From Okamejei kenojei (Eukaryota): a DNA stretch of 64,000 nucleotides. The stretch covers positions 58,280,001 to 58,344,000 of the forward strand of contig CM069142.1 of the NCBI GenBank assembly GCA_035221665.1, written 5' to 3'. Both the position numbers and the translations under genes were made by a program. A model generated the notes under the pieces. The model searched no databases, had not been told where the DNA came from, and worked only from the letters and a program-made list of their open reading frames with translations. Shown here in pieces: positions 63,840 to 64,000 of the stretch (within the stretch, counting starts at the first letter, position 1; each line of letters opens with the position of its first letter).

Positions 63840-64000
63840 CCTACTTTCAATGACTGGTGTACCATGACATCCAGGTCTCGCTGCATCTCCCCTTTTTCTA
63901 ATCGGCCACCATTTAGATAATAGTCTGCTTTCCTGTTTTGCCACCAAAGTGGATAACCTCACATTTATCCACATTATACTGCATCTGCCAAACATTTGCC
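63840..64000 (-). mobile_element. CR1 RT region (upstream part of the 61875-62548 copy)
   Basis: Encodes WQMQYNVDKCEVIHF-like sequence and joins gaaagtagg^catgcagg across the LTR insertion. Confidence 0.88.

Overview
This is vertebrate genomic DNA, most likely from a cartilaginous fish (skate/ray-type), inferred from HE1/V-SINE-like elements, abundant CR1 LINEs and short palindromic Penelope-like repeats. About 70% of the window (3840-48685, minus strand) is one uninterrupted, transposon-free block of about 44.8 kb. It encodes a Thr/Ser-rich mucin-type polypeptide of roughly 15,000 aa built on a 27-bp/9-aa unit, and it is bounded by a good splice acceptor (ttcttgcaattcag|AT) and donor (TGTG|gtaagt), both phase 1. 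The track splits it into several ORFs only at 1-2 bp homopolymer/dinucleotide indels and one garbled ~340-bp patch, all of which look like consensus errors. The next exon (856-1110, minus, phase 1-1) encodes a fibronectin type III-like domain and joins in frame (...PDPSC-VPVKLIRV...). From recollection, this junction resembles the mucin-FN3 part of uromodulin-like 1 (UMODL1)-type proteins. The flanking introns are full of CR1 and L1 fragments, V-SINEs, a Harbinger-like MITE, hammerhead-like repeats, and a rearranged Mag-type Gypsy LTR fragment with a 100-bp inverted repeat. No start exon or terminal exon of the gene can be identified with confidence.
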